Below, one piece after another: positions 36,917 through 46,061 of a DNA stretch of 64,000 bases. Made by a program: the position numbers and the translations under genes. This stretch comes from Anaerolineales bacterium (GTDB taxonomy: Bacteria; Chloroflexota; Anaerolineae; Anaerolineales; UBA11579). The DNA lies in NCBI GenBank assembly GCA_021463845.1, contig JAJTXV010000005.1:67718-131717 (forward strand), read 5' to 3'. Under the pieces are notes generated by a model that did no database searches, was not told the origin of the DNA, and worked only from the letters and a program-made list of their open reading frames with translations. Within the stretch, counting starts at the first letter, position 1; every line of letters starts with the position of its first letter.

Positions 36917-37209
36917 GTCATTGCGAGCGAAGCGAAGCAATCTGGTTTGCAGTCACTCGCTGCATATGAACCACAAAGACACAAAGGGCACAAAGAATAT
37001 GCATCGTCATCTGCATCATTATGCAACGCGGGTCTCACTGAAACCCAGCCACGACTACAAACCTCTCGCATACCGTCTTTGTCATTGCGAGCGAAGCGAA
37101 GCAATCTGGTTTTGCATTTATCCGTGACAAAGATTCTTTCAGGGAGCTCTGGACGCAACGCGGGTCTCACTGAAACCCGGCCATGACTGCAAACCTTCGC
37201 ATACCGTCT
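36917..37209. repeat. two tandem ~164-nt composite repeat units (family B head + gcaacgcgggtctcactgaaaccc... tail; unit 1 also carries a family-D 29-mer)
   Basis: Units start at 36917 and 37081 with gtcattgcgagcgaagcgaagcaatctggttt. Both end with gcaacgcgggtctcactgaaaccc[a/g]gcca[c/t]gact[a/g]caaacct..cgcataccgtct. The 29-mer at 36969-36997 is the exact reverse complement of 49039-49067. Confidence 0.8.
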
Positions 37210-37403
37210 GGAGGGGGTTCTACGCTGCTTCGCAGCGTCGGGGGAACTGGTAACACGAAGTGTAGTTCCCCCTAAGCGGGGTCACAGGGGCAGAGCCCCT
37301 GAAAAAGCAAAAAGACTTCTTCAGCTTTGTTTTACGAAATCCCAAGTTTTTCTCTGAAAAGGTCTCCCGGGAACGCCGTCAACCCGAGCGGGGTAATACC
37401 AGT

Positions 37404-38060
37404 ATGAAGAACGCAAAAACCTGGATACGTACGCACTGGCGTGGCGTGCTGCTCAACACCCTCGGCTTGATCGCCCTGCTGACCCTCCTCAGGCTGCCGC
37501 GCGCCTCACAGTTTAGCGGAGTCAGCGAGCCAATGATCGCGGCCGGCATCTGGGCCGCTCGCTTTCTGCTCATCACCCTGGCGATCACACCGCTCAACAC
37601 GGTCTTCGGCTGGCGCAGCCTGCTGCGCTTACGCCGTACGGCCGGCTTATGGACCTTTGCGTTCGCTGCGCTGCACTTCGCGTACTACGTCATGGACAGC
37701 AAAAGTTGGGCAGCCTACCCGATCCCAAACTTGGCGGCTGGCATCGGCCTGGCCGCCTTGCTCATCCTCGCTGCGCTGGCAGTCACATCCACCAACGCAG
37801 CCCAGCGCCGCCTGGGCAAATGGTGGGCGCGGCTGCACAAGCTCGTCTATGCGGCTGGCGTTCTGGGCCTGGTGCACGGGCTGCTCGAGACCGGGCACAA
37901 GTTCGTCGCCATGAACCAGCCCGAAGCGGCTACTGAGATCTGGCTATATCTTGGGTTGCTGACCGCGTTGTTGGCCGCCCGCATCCCCGTTGTCCGCAGA
38001 CACCTTGCAAGCCTGCGTCACAAGCGGCGCACGTCTGCCATGCCTGCAGAGACAGCCTGA
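37404..38060 (+). CDS. ferric-reductase-like transmembrane protein (MsrQ/YedZ-like)
   Basis: 218 aa with six TM helices and conserved His positions (ALHFAYYV, LHKLVYAAGVLGLVHG), as in the heme-binding YedZ family. No msrP partner lies adjacent. Confidence 0.5.
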   Translation: MKNAKTWIRTHWRGVLLNTLGLIALLTLLRLPRASQFSGVSEPMIAAGIWAARFLLITLAITPLNTVFGWRSLLRLRRTAGLWTFAFAALHFAYYVMDSKSWAAYPIPNLAAGIGLAALLILAALAVTSTNAAQRRLGKWWARLHKLVYAAGVLGLVHGLLETGHKFVAMNQPEAATEIWLYLGLLTALLAARIPVVRRHLASLRHKRRTSAMPAETA

Positions 38061-38156
38061 CACTTCACGAGTGAGTTGGGCTGGTTCGCGGCCGTTGACC
38101 ATGCGCTAACCACGGCACAGCCCTGCCGTAAGAAATCTATAAGAAGTAGGCGCGTT

Positions 38157-38186
38157 TTGAACAAGAGGGGGCTGGGTTGGTATAAT
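38157..38186 (+). promoter_or_regulatory. candidate sigma-70-type promoter for ftsH (-35 TTGAAC, 18-nt spacer, -10 TATAAT)
   Basis: TTGAAC at 38157-38162 and TATAAT at 38181-38186. A GGAGG RBS at 38208-38212 sits 6 nt before the TTG start at 38219. Confidence 0.35.
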
Positions 38187-38218
38187 CCCGCGATTGTTCT
38201 AGTATCCGGAGGCCCAGT

Positions 38219-40105
38219 TTGAACAGCCCTCGTAGTCGAGTATCCCTTATCTATATCCTCTTCATCGCCGCGCTGGCTTTCTTTTTGGTGTTCAGCTTCC
38301 AGCAGCAATCCGGCGCACAAGAGACCCTGACCCTTAACCAGGCCGTCGCAGACATCAAAGCCGGGCAGATCAGCCGCCTGGTGACCGATGAGGAAACCCT
38401 GCGCCTGGTCTACAAAGACGGCACCGAGCGCACCGCTCTGCGCGAACCCGGCCAGACCACCGTCCAGCAGCTGCTGGACCTGGGCGTCACGGCCGAGGAG
38501 TTGAGCGCGCAGAACCTTGAGCTCGAAGTGCGTCCCCCCAGCGCGTGGCTCGGCATCCTCACCGTCCTCACCTATCTTGGGCCGCTGATCTTCGTCGGCC
38601 TCATTTTCTGGTTCGTCATGCGCCAGGCCCAGGGCAGCAACAACGCCGCCATGTCGTTCGGCAAGTCGCGCGCTCGCATGTTCTCTGGCGAGAACCCCAC
38701 TGTCACCTTCAATGACGTGGCCGGCGCCGATGAAGCCAAGGTAGACCTGCAGGAAATTGTAGAGTTCCTCAAAGAGCCTGAGAAGTTCATCGCCCTCGGC
38801 GCGCGCATTCCCAAAGGTGTGCTGCTGGTGGGCCAGCCCGGTACAGGCAAGACCCTGATGGCCAAAGCCGTCTCCGGCGAAGCCGGCGTGCCGTTCTTCT
38901 CCATCTCCGGCTCTGAATTCGTAGAAATGTTCGTGGGCGTCGGCGCCAGCCGCGTGCGTGACCTGTTCGACCAGGCCAAGCGCCACTCCCCTTGCATCAT
39001 CTTCATCGACGAAATTGACGCCGTGGGCCGCCAACGCGGCGCCGGCCTCGGCGGCAGCCACGACGAACGTGAGCAGACCCTCAACCAGATGCTGGTGGAG
39101 ATGGACGGCTTCGACACTGATACCAACATCATCATGATCGCCGCCACCAACCGCCCCGACATTCTGGACCCGGCTCTGCTGCGCCCCGGCCGCTTTGACC
39201 GCCGCGTCACAATGGATCCGCCCGATGTCAAAGGCCGTGAAGCCATCCTCAAAGTGCATGTGCGCGGCAAACCGCTGGCCAAGGAAGTCAAGCTGGCCAC
39301 CCTGGCCCGCGCCACGCCCGGCTTTGTGGGCGCTGACCTGGAGAACCTGGTCAACGAAGCTGCCATCCTTTCTGCTCGCCGCAACAAGAAGACCATCGGG
39401 CAGGATGAACTGGAACAATCGGTTGAGCGCGTGATGCTGGGCGGCCCTGAGCGCCGCAGCAAGATCATCAGCCCCGAAGAGAAGCTGATCGTGGCCTATC
39501 ACGAAGCCGGCCACGCCATCGTGGGCCATGTACTGCCGAACGCCGACCCGATCCACAAGATCACCATCGTGCCGCGCGGCCAGGCCGGCGGTTACGTGCT
39601 GGCCCTGCCCGACGAAGACCGCGACATGGTCAGCCGCAACAAGCTGATGGAGCGCATGGTCATGGCCCTCGGCGGCCGCGCCGCTGAGGAGCTGGTGTTC
39701 GACGACATCACCTCCGGCGCCTCCAGCGACATCCAGACCGTCACCAACATCGCCCGCCAGATGGTGATGCGCCTCGGCATGAGCGAGAAGCTCGGCACGC
39801 GGGTCTACGGCCAGAAGGAAGAGCTCGTCTTCCTGGGCCGCGAGATCTCAGAGCAGAAGGACTACTCTGAAGCCATTGCAGAAGAGATCGACCGTGAAGT
39901 CCTGAAGCTGGTCACCACTGCATACGCTCACGCCAAGAAGATTCTGACCAAGTACCGCAAGGAACTCAAGAAGATCGCCGAGAAGCTGGTGGAAGTCGAA
40001 ACCATCTCTCGCGAAGAGTTCGAGAAGCTGATGCCTGTCGCCAGCAAGCGCGTCGGCGGTACCCCGGTGTTCGTCGGCGCTACCAACGGCCGCAGCGCCA
40101 AGTAA
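38219..40105 (+). CDS. ftsH: ATP-dependent zinc metalloprotease FtsH
   Basis: 628 aa with two N-terminal TM helices. Walker A is GQPGTGKTL, Walker B is IIFIDEIDA, the SRH region is present, and the zinc motif is HEAGHAIVG. Confidence 0.97.
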   Translation: MNSPRSRVSLIYILFIAALAFFLVFSFQQQSGAQETLTLNQAVADIKAGQISRLVTDEETLRLVYKDGTERTALREPGQTTVQQLLDLGVTAEELSAQNLELEVRPPSAWLGILTVLTYLGPLIFVGLIFWFVMRQAQGSNNAAMSFGKSRARMFSGENPTVTFNDVAGADEAKVDLQEIVEFLKEPEKFIALGARIPKGVLLVGQPGTGKTLMAKAVSGEAGVPFFSISGSEFVEMFVGVGASRVRDLFDQAKRHSPCIIFIDEIDAVGRQRGAGLGGSHDEREQTLNQMLVEMDGFDTDTNIIMIAATNRPDILDPALLRPGRFDRRVTMDPPDVKGREAILKVHVRGKPLAKEVKLATLARATPGFVGADLENLVNEAAILSARRNKKTIGQDELEQSVERVMLGGPERRSKIISPEEKLIVAYHEAGHAIVGHVLPNADPIHKITIVPRGQAGGYVLALPDEDRDMVSRNKLMERMVMALGGRAAEELVFDDITSGASSDIQTVTNIARQMVMRLGMSEKLGTRVYGQKEELVFLGREISEQKDYSEAIAEEIDREVLKLVTTAYAHAKKILTKYRKELKKIAEKLVEVETISREEFEKLMPVASKRVGGTPVFVGATNGRSAK

Positions 40106-40129
40106 GCATCACAAACCAACAAACCAAAA

Positions 40130-40156
40130 GGCCAGGCGTTTCGCCTGGCCTTTTTT
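40130..40156 (+). terminator. Rho-independent terminator after ftsH
   Basis: ggccaggcg-ttt-cgcctggcc followed by tttttt. Confidence 0.75.
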
Positions 40157-40216
40157 AATTCACATCGGCATCCTTTGATTTCTTTATCTGTGTTCATCTG
40201 TGGTTAAAATCCTTCT

Positions 40217-41095
40217 ATGAATCGCTTCCTCCAACGACTGGCCGACCCGCGCCCCATTCTGCTCGATGGCGCTACGGGCACCGAGCTGCAGCACCGCGGC
40301 ATCGACACCAGCACGCCGATCTGGAGCGCGCTGGCCCTGCTCGAGTCGCCCAAGCTGGTCGAGCAGGTACACCGTGACTATCTCGACGCCGGCGCCGAAG
40401 TCATCATCACCAACACCTTCCGCACCCACCGCCGCAACCTGGAGCAAGTTGGCCTGGGCGAGGAAGCCGGCCGCCTAACCACGCTGGCGGTGGCCATTGC
40501 CCAGGCGGCGGTGCGCGCCAGCGGCAAGCCCGCCTTTGTGGCCGGCGGCATTGCCCCGCTGGAGGACAGCTACACCATGGCGCCTCTGCCGCGCGAAGTC
40601 TATCTGCGCGAGCACGGCGAGATCGCCCGCACGCTGGCCGCCGCCGGCGTGGACCTTCTGCTGCTCGAAACCATGAAAGACATCGCCGAAACGGAAGCCG
40701 CCGCCGAGGCGGCCAAAGCGACTGGGCTGCCCTTCGGCGTCAGCTTTATCTGCAAACTGGATGGCCGCCTGTTCTCGGGCGAAAGCATCGCCGATGCGGT
40801 GCGGGCCATCGAGCCGCACGGCCCGGCCTTCGTGGGCATCAACTGCACCGCCGCGCCGTACCTACACAACGCCCTGCGCGAGCTGCGTGCTGCCACCACT
40901 CTACCTCTGTGCGCTTATGCCAACCCCAGCGAGACCGAGGACTATGTGAACTGGGACCCCACCGCCGCTGAGCAGCCCGAAGGCTATGCTGAGTTTGCCC
41001 GCCAGTGGCTAGCGGATGGCGCCAAGATCATTGGCGGTTGCTGCGGCACCACGCCGGAGCATATTGCTCATTTGAAAGAGATCATCCACAGATAA
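40217..41095 (+). CDS. homocysteine S-methyltransferase family protein
   Basis: 292 aa. It has ILLDGATGTEL, the zinc-ligand Cys contexts GINCTA and IIGGCCGTTPEHI. Confidence 0.85.
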   Translation: MNRFLQRLADPRPILLDGATGTELQHRGIDTSTPIWSALALLESPKLVEQVHRDYLDAGAEVIITNTFRTHRRNLEQVGLGEEAGRLTTLAVAIAQAAVRASGKPAFVAGGIAPLEDSYTMAPLPREVYLREHGEIARTLAAAGVDLLLLETMKDIAETEAAAEAAKATGLPFGVSFICKLDGRLFSGESIADAVRAIEPHGPAFVGINCTAAPYLHNALRELRAATTLPLCAYANPSETEDYVNWDPTAAEQPEGYAEFARQWLADGAKIIGGCCGTTPEHIAHLKEIIHR

Positions 41096-41141
41096 ACACA
41101 GATACATCAGGTTTATCTGTATCATCTATTGAGCCTAGAAC

Positions 41142-41837
41142 ATGGATCACTTCCGCAACGTCTACACCAACAAAGCCGCCGCCTATCACGAGCTGATCGC
41201 CGCCGAAGATGCAGATGGCAACCTGCGAAAGGCGCTGGAAAGCACCGCGCCTTTCGCAGGCGCACGCGTGCTCGATCTTGGCAGCGGCAGCGGGCGCATC
41301 CCGCTGCTGCTGCGCGGGCTGGACTGCACGATCGTGGCCTCAGACCTGCACTACGCCATGTTGGTAGAGCAGCAAGCCCAGCAAACTGCGGCGGGCGGCC
41401 GCTGGCCGCTGGTGCAAGCCGACGGCCGCGCTACGCCCTTCACCAGCGGCTGGGCCGACGTGGTCACCGCCGGCTGGGCCTTCGGCCACCTGGTGGGTTG
41501 GTATCCCGACGCCTGGCAGCAGCAGGCCGGCCGCGCCATCGCCGAAATGCGGCGCACGGCCAAACCTGGCGGCATGCTCATCATCATGGAGACGCTGGGG
41601 ACCGGCGTGCTGCAGCCCGCCCCGCCCCACGCTGGGCTGGCATCGTACTACGCCTGGCTGGAGAACGAACACGGCTTCGTGCGCACCACCGTGGCGACGG
41701 ACTACAATTTTGGCAGCGTAGACCGCGCCGTGGAGCTATGCAGCTTCTTCTTCGGCGAGGAGATGGCCGAGCGCGTGCACTCCAACGGCTGGAGCCGCGT
41801 GCCGGAGTTCACGGGCGTGTGGAGTAAATCTATTTGA
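41142..41837 (+). CDS. class I SAM-dependent methyltransferase
   Basis: Motif I is ARVLDLGSGSGRI; a post-I acidic residue and motif II-like ADVVTAGWAF follow. Confidence 0.8.
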   Translation: MDHFRNVYTNKAAAYHELIAAEDADGNLRKALESTAPFAGARVLDLGSGSGRIPLLLRGLDCTIVASDLHYAMLVEQQAQQTAAGGRWPLVQADGRATPFTSGWADVVTAGWAFGHLVGWYPDAWQQQAGRAIAEMRRTAKPGGMLIIMETLGTGVLQPAPPHAGLASYYAWLENEHGFVRTTVATDYNFGSVDRAVELCSFFFGEEMAERVHSNGWSRVPEFTGVWSKSI

Positions 41838-42444
41838 GACTTGTTTTTCCCCCAAGTGCTTTTGACACAGGTTCGAACAGTTTCTTATTCGAAGCGAAGA
41901 ACCATTCTTCGTGGATGTTCAGTGTCTCTAGCACTAAATAGCCAGCGCTTCTGAACAGAATAGCGGCCAACAACAACATAGCCAGAATAGCAACATGAAC
42001 AACACTAAGGTTCATTATCCCAAGGCGAAGAACTGCATCAGCAAGGAGAAACAGAAAAGCAAAAGATGTAGTCATTGAAAGAGCCCAGTGCGACAACAAG
42101 AATCGCCAAGTTCGAGCCACATGCTCTAGGAAATGTTCCGGAACGTCTTTGCTATAAAGAGTGAGATTCCATATAAGAAAGGCGTTTTTACGGGATAGCT
42201 TGCTTCCCTTCCTACTGCATTCCTGAATAACTCTATCGATAATTACTCGCCCTTGTCTCCAATGCCCCCGATTACCGGAAGCTTCAAAAATGAGCCGGAA
42301 TAGTTGATGTGCCATGTATCCAATTAATGGGCTTGTTGCAACTAAACCAATTACCTCCGCTTCATTCAGTGGCATTCCTGTCCAAAACAACAATGAGGCA
42401 ATAACGACTAAGCCAGGCAAAGAGAAGTACAAAAGTTCATACAT
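41830..42444 (-). CDS. hypothetical membrane protein, AT-rich orphan
   Basis: 204 aa with about 5 TM segments. G+C is visibly lower than in neighbouring genes. It starts 6 nt after the mutS stop and overlaps the 3' end of the convergent methyltransferase gene by 8 nt. Confidence 0.5.
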   Translation of the reverse strand: MYELLYFSLPGLVVIASLLFWTGMPLNEAEVIGLVATSPLIGYMAHQLFRLIFEASGNRGHWRQGRVIIDRVIQECSRKGSKLSRKNAFLIWNLTLYSKDVPEHFLEHVARTWRFLLSHWALSMTTSFAFLFLLADAVLRLGIMNLSVVHVAILAMLLLAAILFRSAGYLVLETLNIHEEWFFASNKKLFEPVSKALGGKTSLK

Positions 42445-42450
42445 TTCTAT

Positions 42451-45030
42451 TTATCCTTTGATATGTTTTCTCTTCCACTCCGCCAGCTTGTTCAGCGCCT
42501 CGATCGGCGACAAGCCGTCCAGGTCTAATTTCCTGAGCTCCTCGACCAGCGGGTGCTCCAAGGCGAACAGCGGCGCTTGCTGTTCGCGGACGGCCAACCC
42601 GCCGCCAGCCGCCGGTTGCTGCCCGTTCGATTCCAGTTCGGCCAGGATCTCTTGCGCGCGTGCCAGCACGGGGCGCGGCAGCCCGGCCAGCTGGCCTACA
42701 TGGATCCCATACGAGCGGTCCGCCCCGCCGGCTACGATCTTGTGCAAGAACACCACGCTGTCGTCGGCCTCGCTGACCGCCACGTTGTAATTGCGCACCC
42801 CCGGCAGGCTGGCGGCCAGCGCGGTCAGCTCGTGATAGTGAGTGGCGAACAGCGTGCGCGCCCGCAGGCGCGGCTCGTTGTGAATATGCTCGATCACCGC
42901 CCAGGCGATCGAGAGGCCATCGTAGGTGCTGGTGCCGCGGCCGATCTCGTCCAATATCAACAGGCTGCGCGAAGTGGCATGGTTGAGGATGCTGGCGGTC
43001 TCGACCATTTCGACCATGAAGGTGGAGTGCCCAGCATGGATCTCGTCCTGTGCCCCAATACGCGTGAAGATACGGTCCACCAGACCGATCTCGGCCTGCT
43101 CGGCGGGCACAAAGCTGCCCATCTGCGCCAGCAGCACGATCAACGCCACCTGGCGCAGATATGTGGACTTGCCGCTCATGTTTGGCCCCGTGATCAGGCG
43201 CACACACTCACCGTCTTCGAAGACGGTGTCATTGGGCACAAAGCGCTCCTGCGCCGGCAGCAAGCGCTCCACCACCGGGTGACGGCCGGCAATGATTTCT
43301 AGCGACCCATCGCTTTTAACGACGGGGCGCACGTAGCCCTGCAGCGCGGCCACCTCAGCCAGGGCGGCCAGCACATCCAGCGTGGCCAGCGCACGGGCGC
43401 AGGCCAGCAGCGGTTCGGCCGCCGCGGCCAGTTGGCTGCACAATTCCTTGAACGCCCGCGTCTCCACCGCCACTATGCGCTCTTCGGCGTTGAGTACCTG
43501 GGTTTCCACATCTTTCATTTCGGGCGTGATGTAGCGCTCGGCATTGACGAGCGTTTGCTTGCGAATGTACTCGGCGGGCAAGTTGCCGTCATCCTTGGCC
43601 TTGGTGACCTCGATGTAATAGCCGTGCACTTTGTTGTAGCCGACTTTGAGCGACTTAATGCCAGTGCGCTCGCGCTCGGCCGATTCCAGATTGGCGATCC
43701 ATTCGCGGGCCTGGCTAGTAGCGGCCATCAGCTCATCCAGTTCGCTGGAATGGCCGGCGCGGATGACGCCCATATGGCCCAGCACCGCCGGGGGCTCATC
43801 GGCCAGCGCAGACTGCAGCAGCTTCAATTCATTCGCACACTCTGACAAACCGACCAGAAGACTAGCGACTGGAGATTTGAGACCCTTGGTGAGCTTAAGC
43901 ACCGCTGGCACAGCCTCCAGCGTAATGCGCATGGCGGCCAGATCGCGCGGCTGGGCCGTGCCGCCCAACACACGGTTCACCAAGCGCTCCAAGTCACCCA
44001 GCGGCTTGAGAGCCGTGCGCAGCTCGGCGCGGCGCATACCGTCGCCGTGCAGCCAAGCCACGCCCTCCTGGCGGGCATGGATGGCGTCCAGGTCCAGCAG
44101 CGGCTTGCCTACCCATTGGCGCAGCAAGCGCCGACCCATCGGCGTGATGGCGCGGTCCAGCGTGCCCAGCAGCGAGCCGGCCAGTTCGCCACGCAAAGTC
44201 TCGGTCAGCTCCAAATTGCGCCGCGCCGAGGCATCCAGGTTCATGAATTCGTCAAGTGTGTAGGCGCGCAAGCTGCTCAGCAGGCTCAGGCTCTTGGGCT
44301 GGGTCTCCTGCACGTATTGCAGCAGCGCCCCCGCCGCCCGTGCCGCCAGCAGGCGCTCCTCCAGCCCATAGCTCTTCAGGCTCTTGGCCTTGAAGTGCGC
44401 TAACAACGCATCCCGGGCGCGGGCCGGCTCAAAACGGTAGGCTGGCCACGGGCTGCCGTGGCCCGGCAGTCCAGCCAGCGGCTCTTTCTCCACATGCAGG
44501 GTCTCGGCCGGCGCCAGACGGCCCAATTCCGCCCGCAGGGCAGCCGCGTCCAACTCCGTGGCGGCAAACTCACCCGTGGTCAGGTCGGCATAGGCCAGGC
44601 CGGCCCAGCCTTCGTGCACCAGGGCTGCCGCGAGGTAATTGTTGGCGTCGCCGGGCAGCAGGCCGGGCTCCACCACCGTGCCGGGGGTGACGATGCGCAC
44701 GACTTCGCGCGGCATTAGGCCCTTGACCGGCTCCGTGCCGACCTGCTCACAGATGGCCACATGGTGGCCGCGCTCGATCAGCCGCGCAAGGTAGCTCTCG
44801 GCGGCGTGGTGCGGCACACCCGCCATGGGAATGCGCGTGCCCTTGGCCACATTGCGCGAGGTGAGCACAATATCCAGCTCTTTGGCCACCAGCTCGGCAT
44901 CTTCGTCAAAGGTCTCGTAAAAGTCCCCCAGCCGGAAGAACAAAATAGTCCCGGGATACTGGCGCTTGATATCCAAATATTGCTGGCGTACCGGGGTGAT
45001 GTTCTCGTCATTGCCATTTGGCAAGCTCAT
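42451..45030 (-). CDS. mutS: DNA mismatch repair protein MutS
   Basis: 859 aa. It has the N-terminal mismatch-binding TPVRQQYLDIKRQYPGTILFFRLGDFYETF, Walker A GPNMSGKST, LILDEIGRGTSTYDG, and FATHYHEL. Confidence 0.97.
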   Translation of the reverse strand: MSLPNGNDENITPVRQQYLDIKRQYPGTILFFRLGDFYETFDEDAELVAKELDIVLTSRNVAKGTRIPMAGVPHHAAESYLARLIERGHHVAICEQVGTEPVKGLMPREVVRIVTPGTVVEPGLLPGDANNYLAAALVHEGWAGLAYADLTTGEFAATELDAAALRAELGRLAPAETLHVEKEPLAGLPGHGSPWPAYRFEPARARDALLAHFKAKSLKSYGLEERLLAARAAGALLQYVQETQPKSLSLLSSLRAYTLDEFMNLDASARRNLELTETLRGELAGSLLGTLDRAITPMGRRLLRQWVGKPLLDLDAIHARQEGVAWLHGDGMRRAELRTALKPLGDLERLVNRVLGGTAQPRDLAAMRITLEAVPAVLKLTKGLKSPVASLLVGLSECANELKLLQSALADEPPAVLGHMGVIRAGHSSELDELMAATSQAREWIANLESAERERTGIKSLKVGYNKVHGYYIEVTKAKDDGNLPAEYIRKQTLVNAERYITPEMKDVETQVLNAEERIVAVETRAFKELCSQLAAAAEPLLACARALATLDVLAALAEVAALQGYVRPVVKSDGSLEIIAGRHPVVERLLPAQERFVPNDTVFEDGECVRLITGPNMSGKSTYLRQVALIVLLAQMGSFVPAEQAEIGLVDRIFTRIGAQDEIHAGHSTFMVEMVETASILNHATSRSLLILDEIGRGTSTYDGLSIAWAVIEHIHNEPRLRARTLFATHYHELTALAASLPGVRNYNVAVSEADDSVVFLHKIVAGGADRSYGIHVGQLAGLPRPVLARAQEILAELESNGQQPAAGGGLAVREQQAPLFALEHPLVEELRKLDLDGLSPIEALNKLAEWKRKHIKG

Positions 45031-45116
45031 GGTGAAATTTTAACGGCATTTGTAAGTGAGAAGGAGAGTGGTTGCAACAACAATGACTAGTAAACCCAAG
45101 CCTCTTGCGACTCTTG

Positions 45117-45977
45117 TCAAAGTCTGATGCTTTCAGCAGTTTCCTTATCATGCCAGTTACGCAATCTATTTACTAGGGCTCCCGCCCCATCCTCAAAATT
45201 TGCCAATTTAAACTGCGTTTTGTCCTGCAGAAAGAGTATTACAGCAAACTTTCGTCCCCTATCAAAAATACTGCCCATTCGATCTATACGCAGTTCAATC
45301 GCCAGGATTTCTTTGGACGTCAGGGTTATAGGTGGGCCAATGAGAGGCTCCAGCAACAAGCTGTGCCTAATCATTGAAACTTTGCGGTAAGCGCGTATAA
45401 ACGGAGCAGCAACTCGAACTCCTACAGGCAAGAACAAGATTAAAGACAAGAGCCATGAAGCAGAGTTTTCCAACAGAAATAGAATTGAGCACAACATCAA
45501 TAAAATCAAGGCTCCGGAGCTTATTCCTAAGAATGTCCTGTCGAGAACAATTGACTTCTCGGCAGCATTCCAAATCTCCGGTACATATTTACGGATTTGC
45601 TCATTAAGGTCTTCAAAATCCCCCAGATTTGTAGATACAAGAAACTTTCTCTGGTGATTTCGATCAAATAAAATATAACCAGTACTGCCCAATCCCCTAA
45701 ATCCTCCAACTTCAGACCAGGCCATCTGGCGGTTTTGCATCAAAACAGTTTGCTGTAATCCATATTCATTTACCATAAGTTTATAGTTTATGAAATAGCC
45801 AGCATAAATAACAGCTCCAATTCCAAGCACAAAGCCAATTACTACTAGCCAGCTCTCCGCCCTAACCAATTGGAGTGAAGTGTATAAGCCGATTGCCGAC
45901 CAAAAAACCACCGAGACTTGCCGCCAAGGCGTATAGCTGTACGTAACGCTGTCTGCGGAGGGAGATTGCTTCTTCAC
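45117..45977 (-). CDS. hypothetical membrane protein, AT-rich orphan
   Basis: 286 aa. Two pairs of TM helices are each followed by a soluble ~70-aa segment (possible bacterial PH-like modules; weak). G+C is visibly low. Confidence 0.5.
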   Translation of the reverse strand: MKKQSPSADSVTYSYTPWRQVSVVFWSAIGLYTSLQLVRAESWLVVIGFVLGIGAVIYAGYFINYKLMVNEYGLQQTVLMQNRQMAWSEVGGFRGLGSTGYILFDRNHQRKFLVSTNLGDFEDLNEQIRKYVPEIWNAAEKSIVLDRTFLGISSGALILLMLCSILFLLENSASWLLSLILFLPVGVRVAAPFIRAYRKVSMIRHSLLLEPLIGPPITLTSKEILAIELRIDRMGSIFDRGRKFAVILFLQDKTQFKLANFEDGAGALVNRLRNWHDKETAESIRL

Positions 45978-46061
45978 ATGACCCCAATCTTCAGTATTTT
46001 ATAACACGCTAACTTGACGGCCCAGAATCGCCTTATAATCAAATCACTATATTCTTGAGAA

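Noticed and set aside
36805-37186. ORFs of 114-121 aa crossing the repeat-rich intergenic region; also 928-1122 and 999-1895
   Set aside because: They are encoded entirely by palindromic repeat modules, or by the antisense of the HAD gene. Such repeat-derived ORFs are read in both orientations and lack RBS or domain evidence.
36917-37209. Possible CRISPR array, given the repeated units
   Set aside because: There are only two ~164-nt units with partly shared sequence. There are no short regularly spaced repeats with unique spacers and no cas genes in the window.
38018-39556. 512-aa ORF antisense to ftsH, and 56767-58236 antisense to alaS
   Set aside because: Both are high-G+C shadow ORFs opposite genes with complete, canonical FtsH and AlaRS motifs.
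46014-46039. TTGACG ... TATAAT promoter upstream of the ABC ATPase gene
   Set aside because: Both hexamers are good, but the spacer is only 14 nt, outside the functional 16-19 nt range, so it is not reported as a feature.
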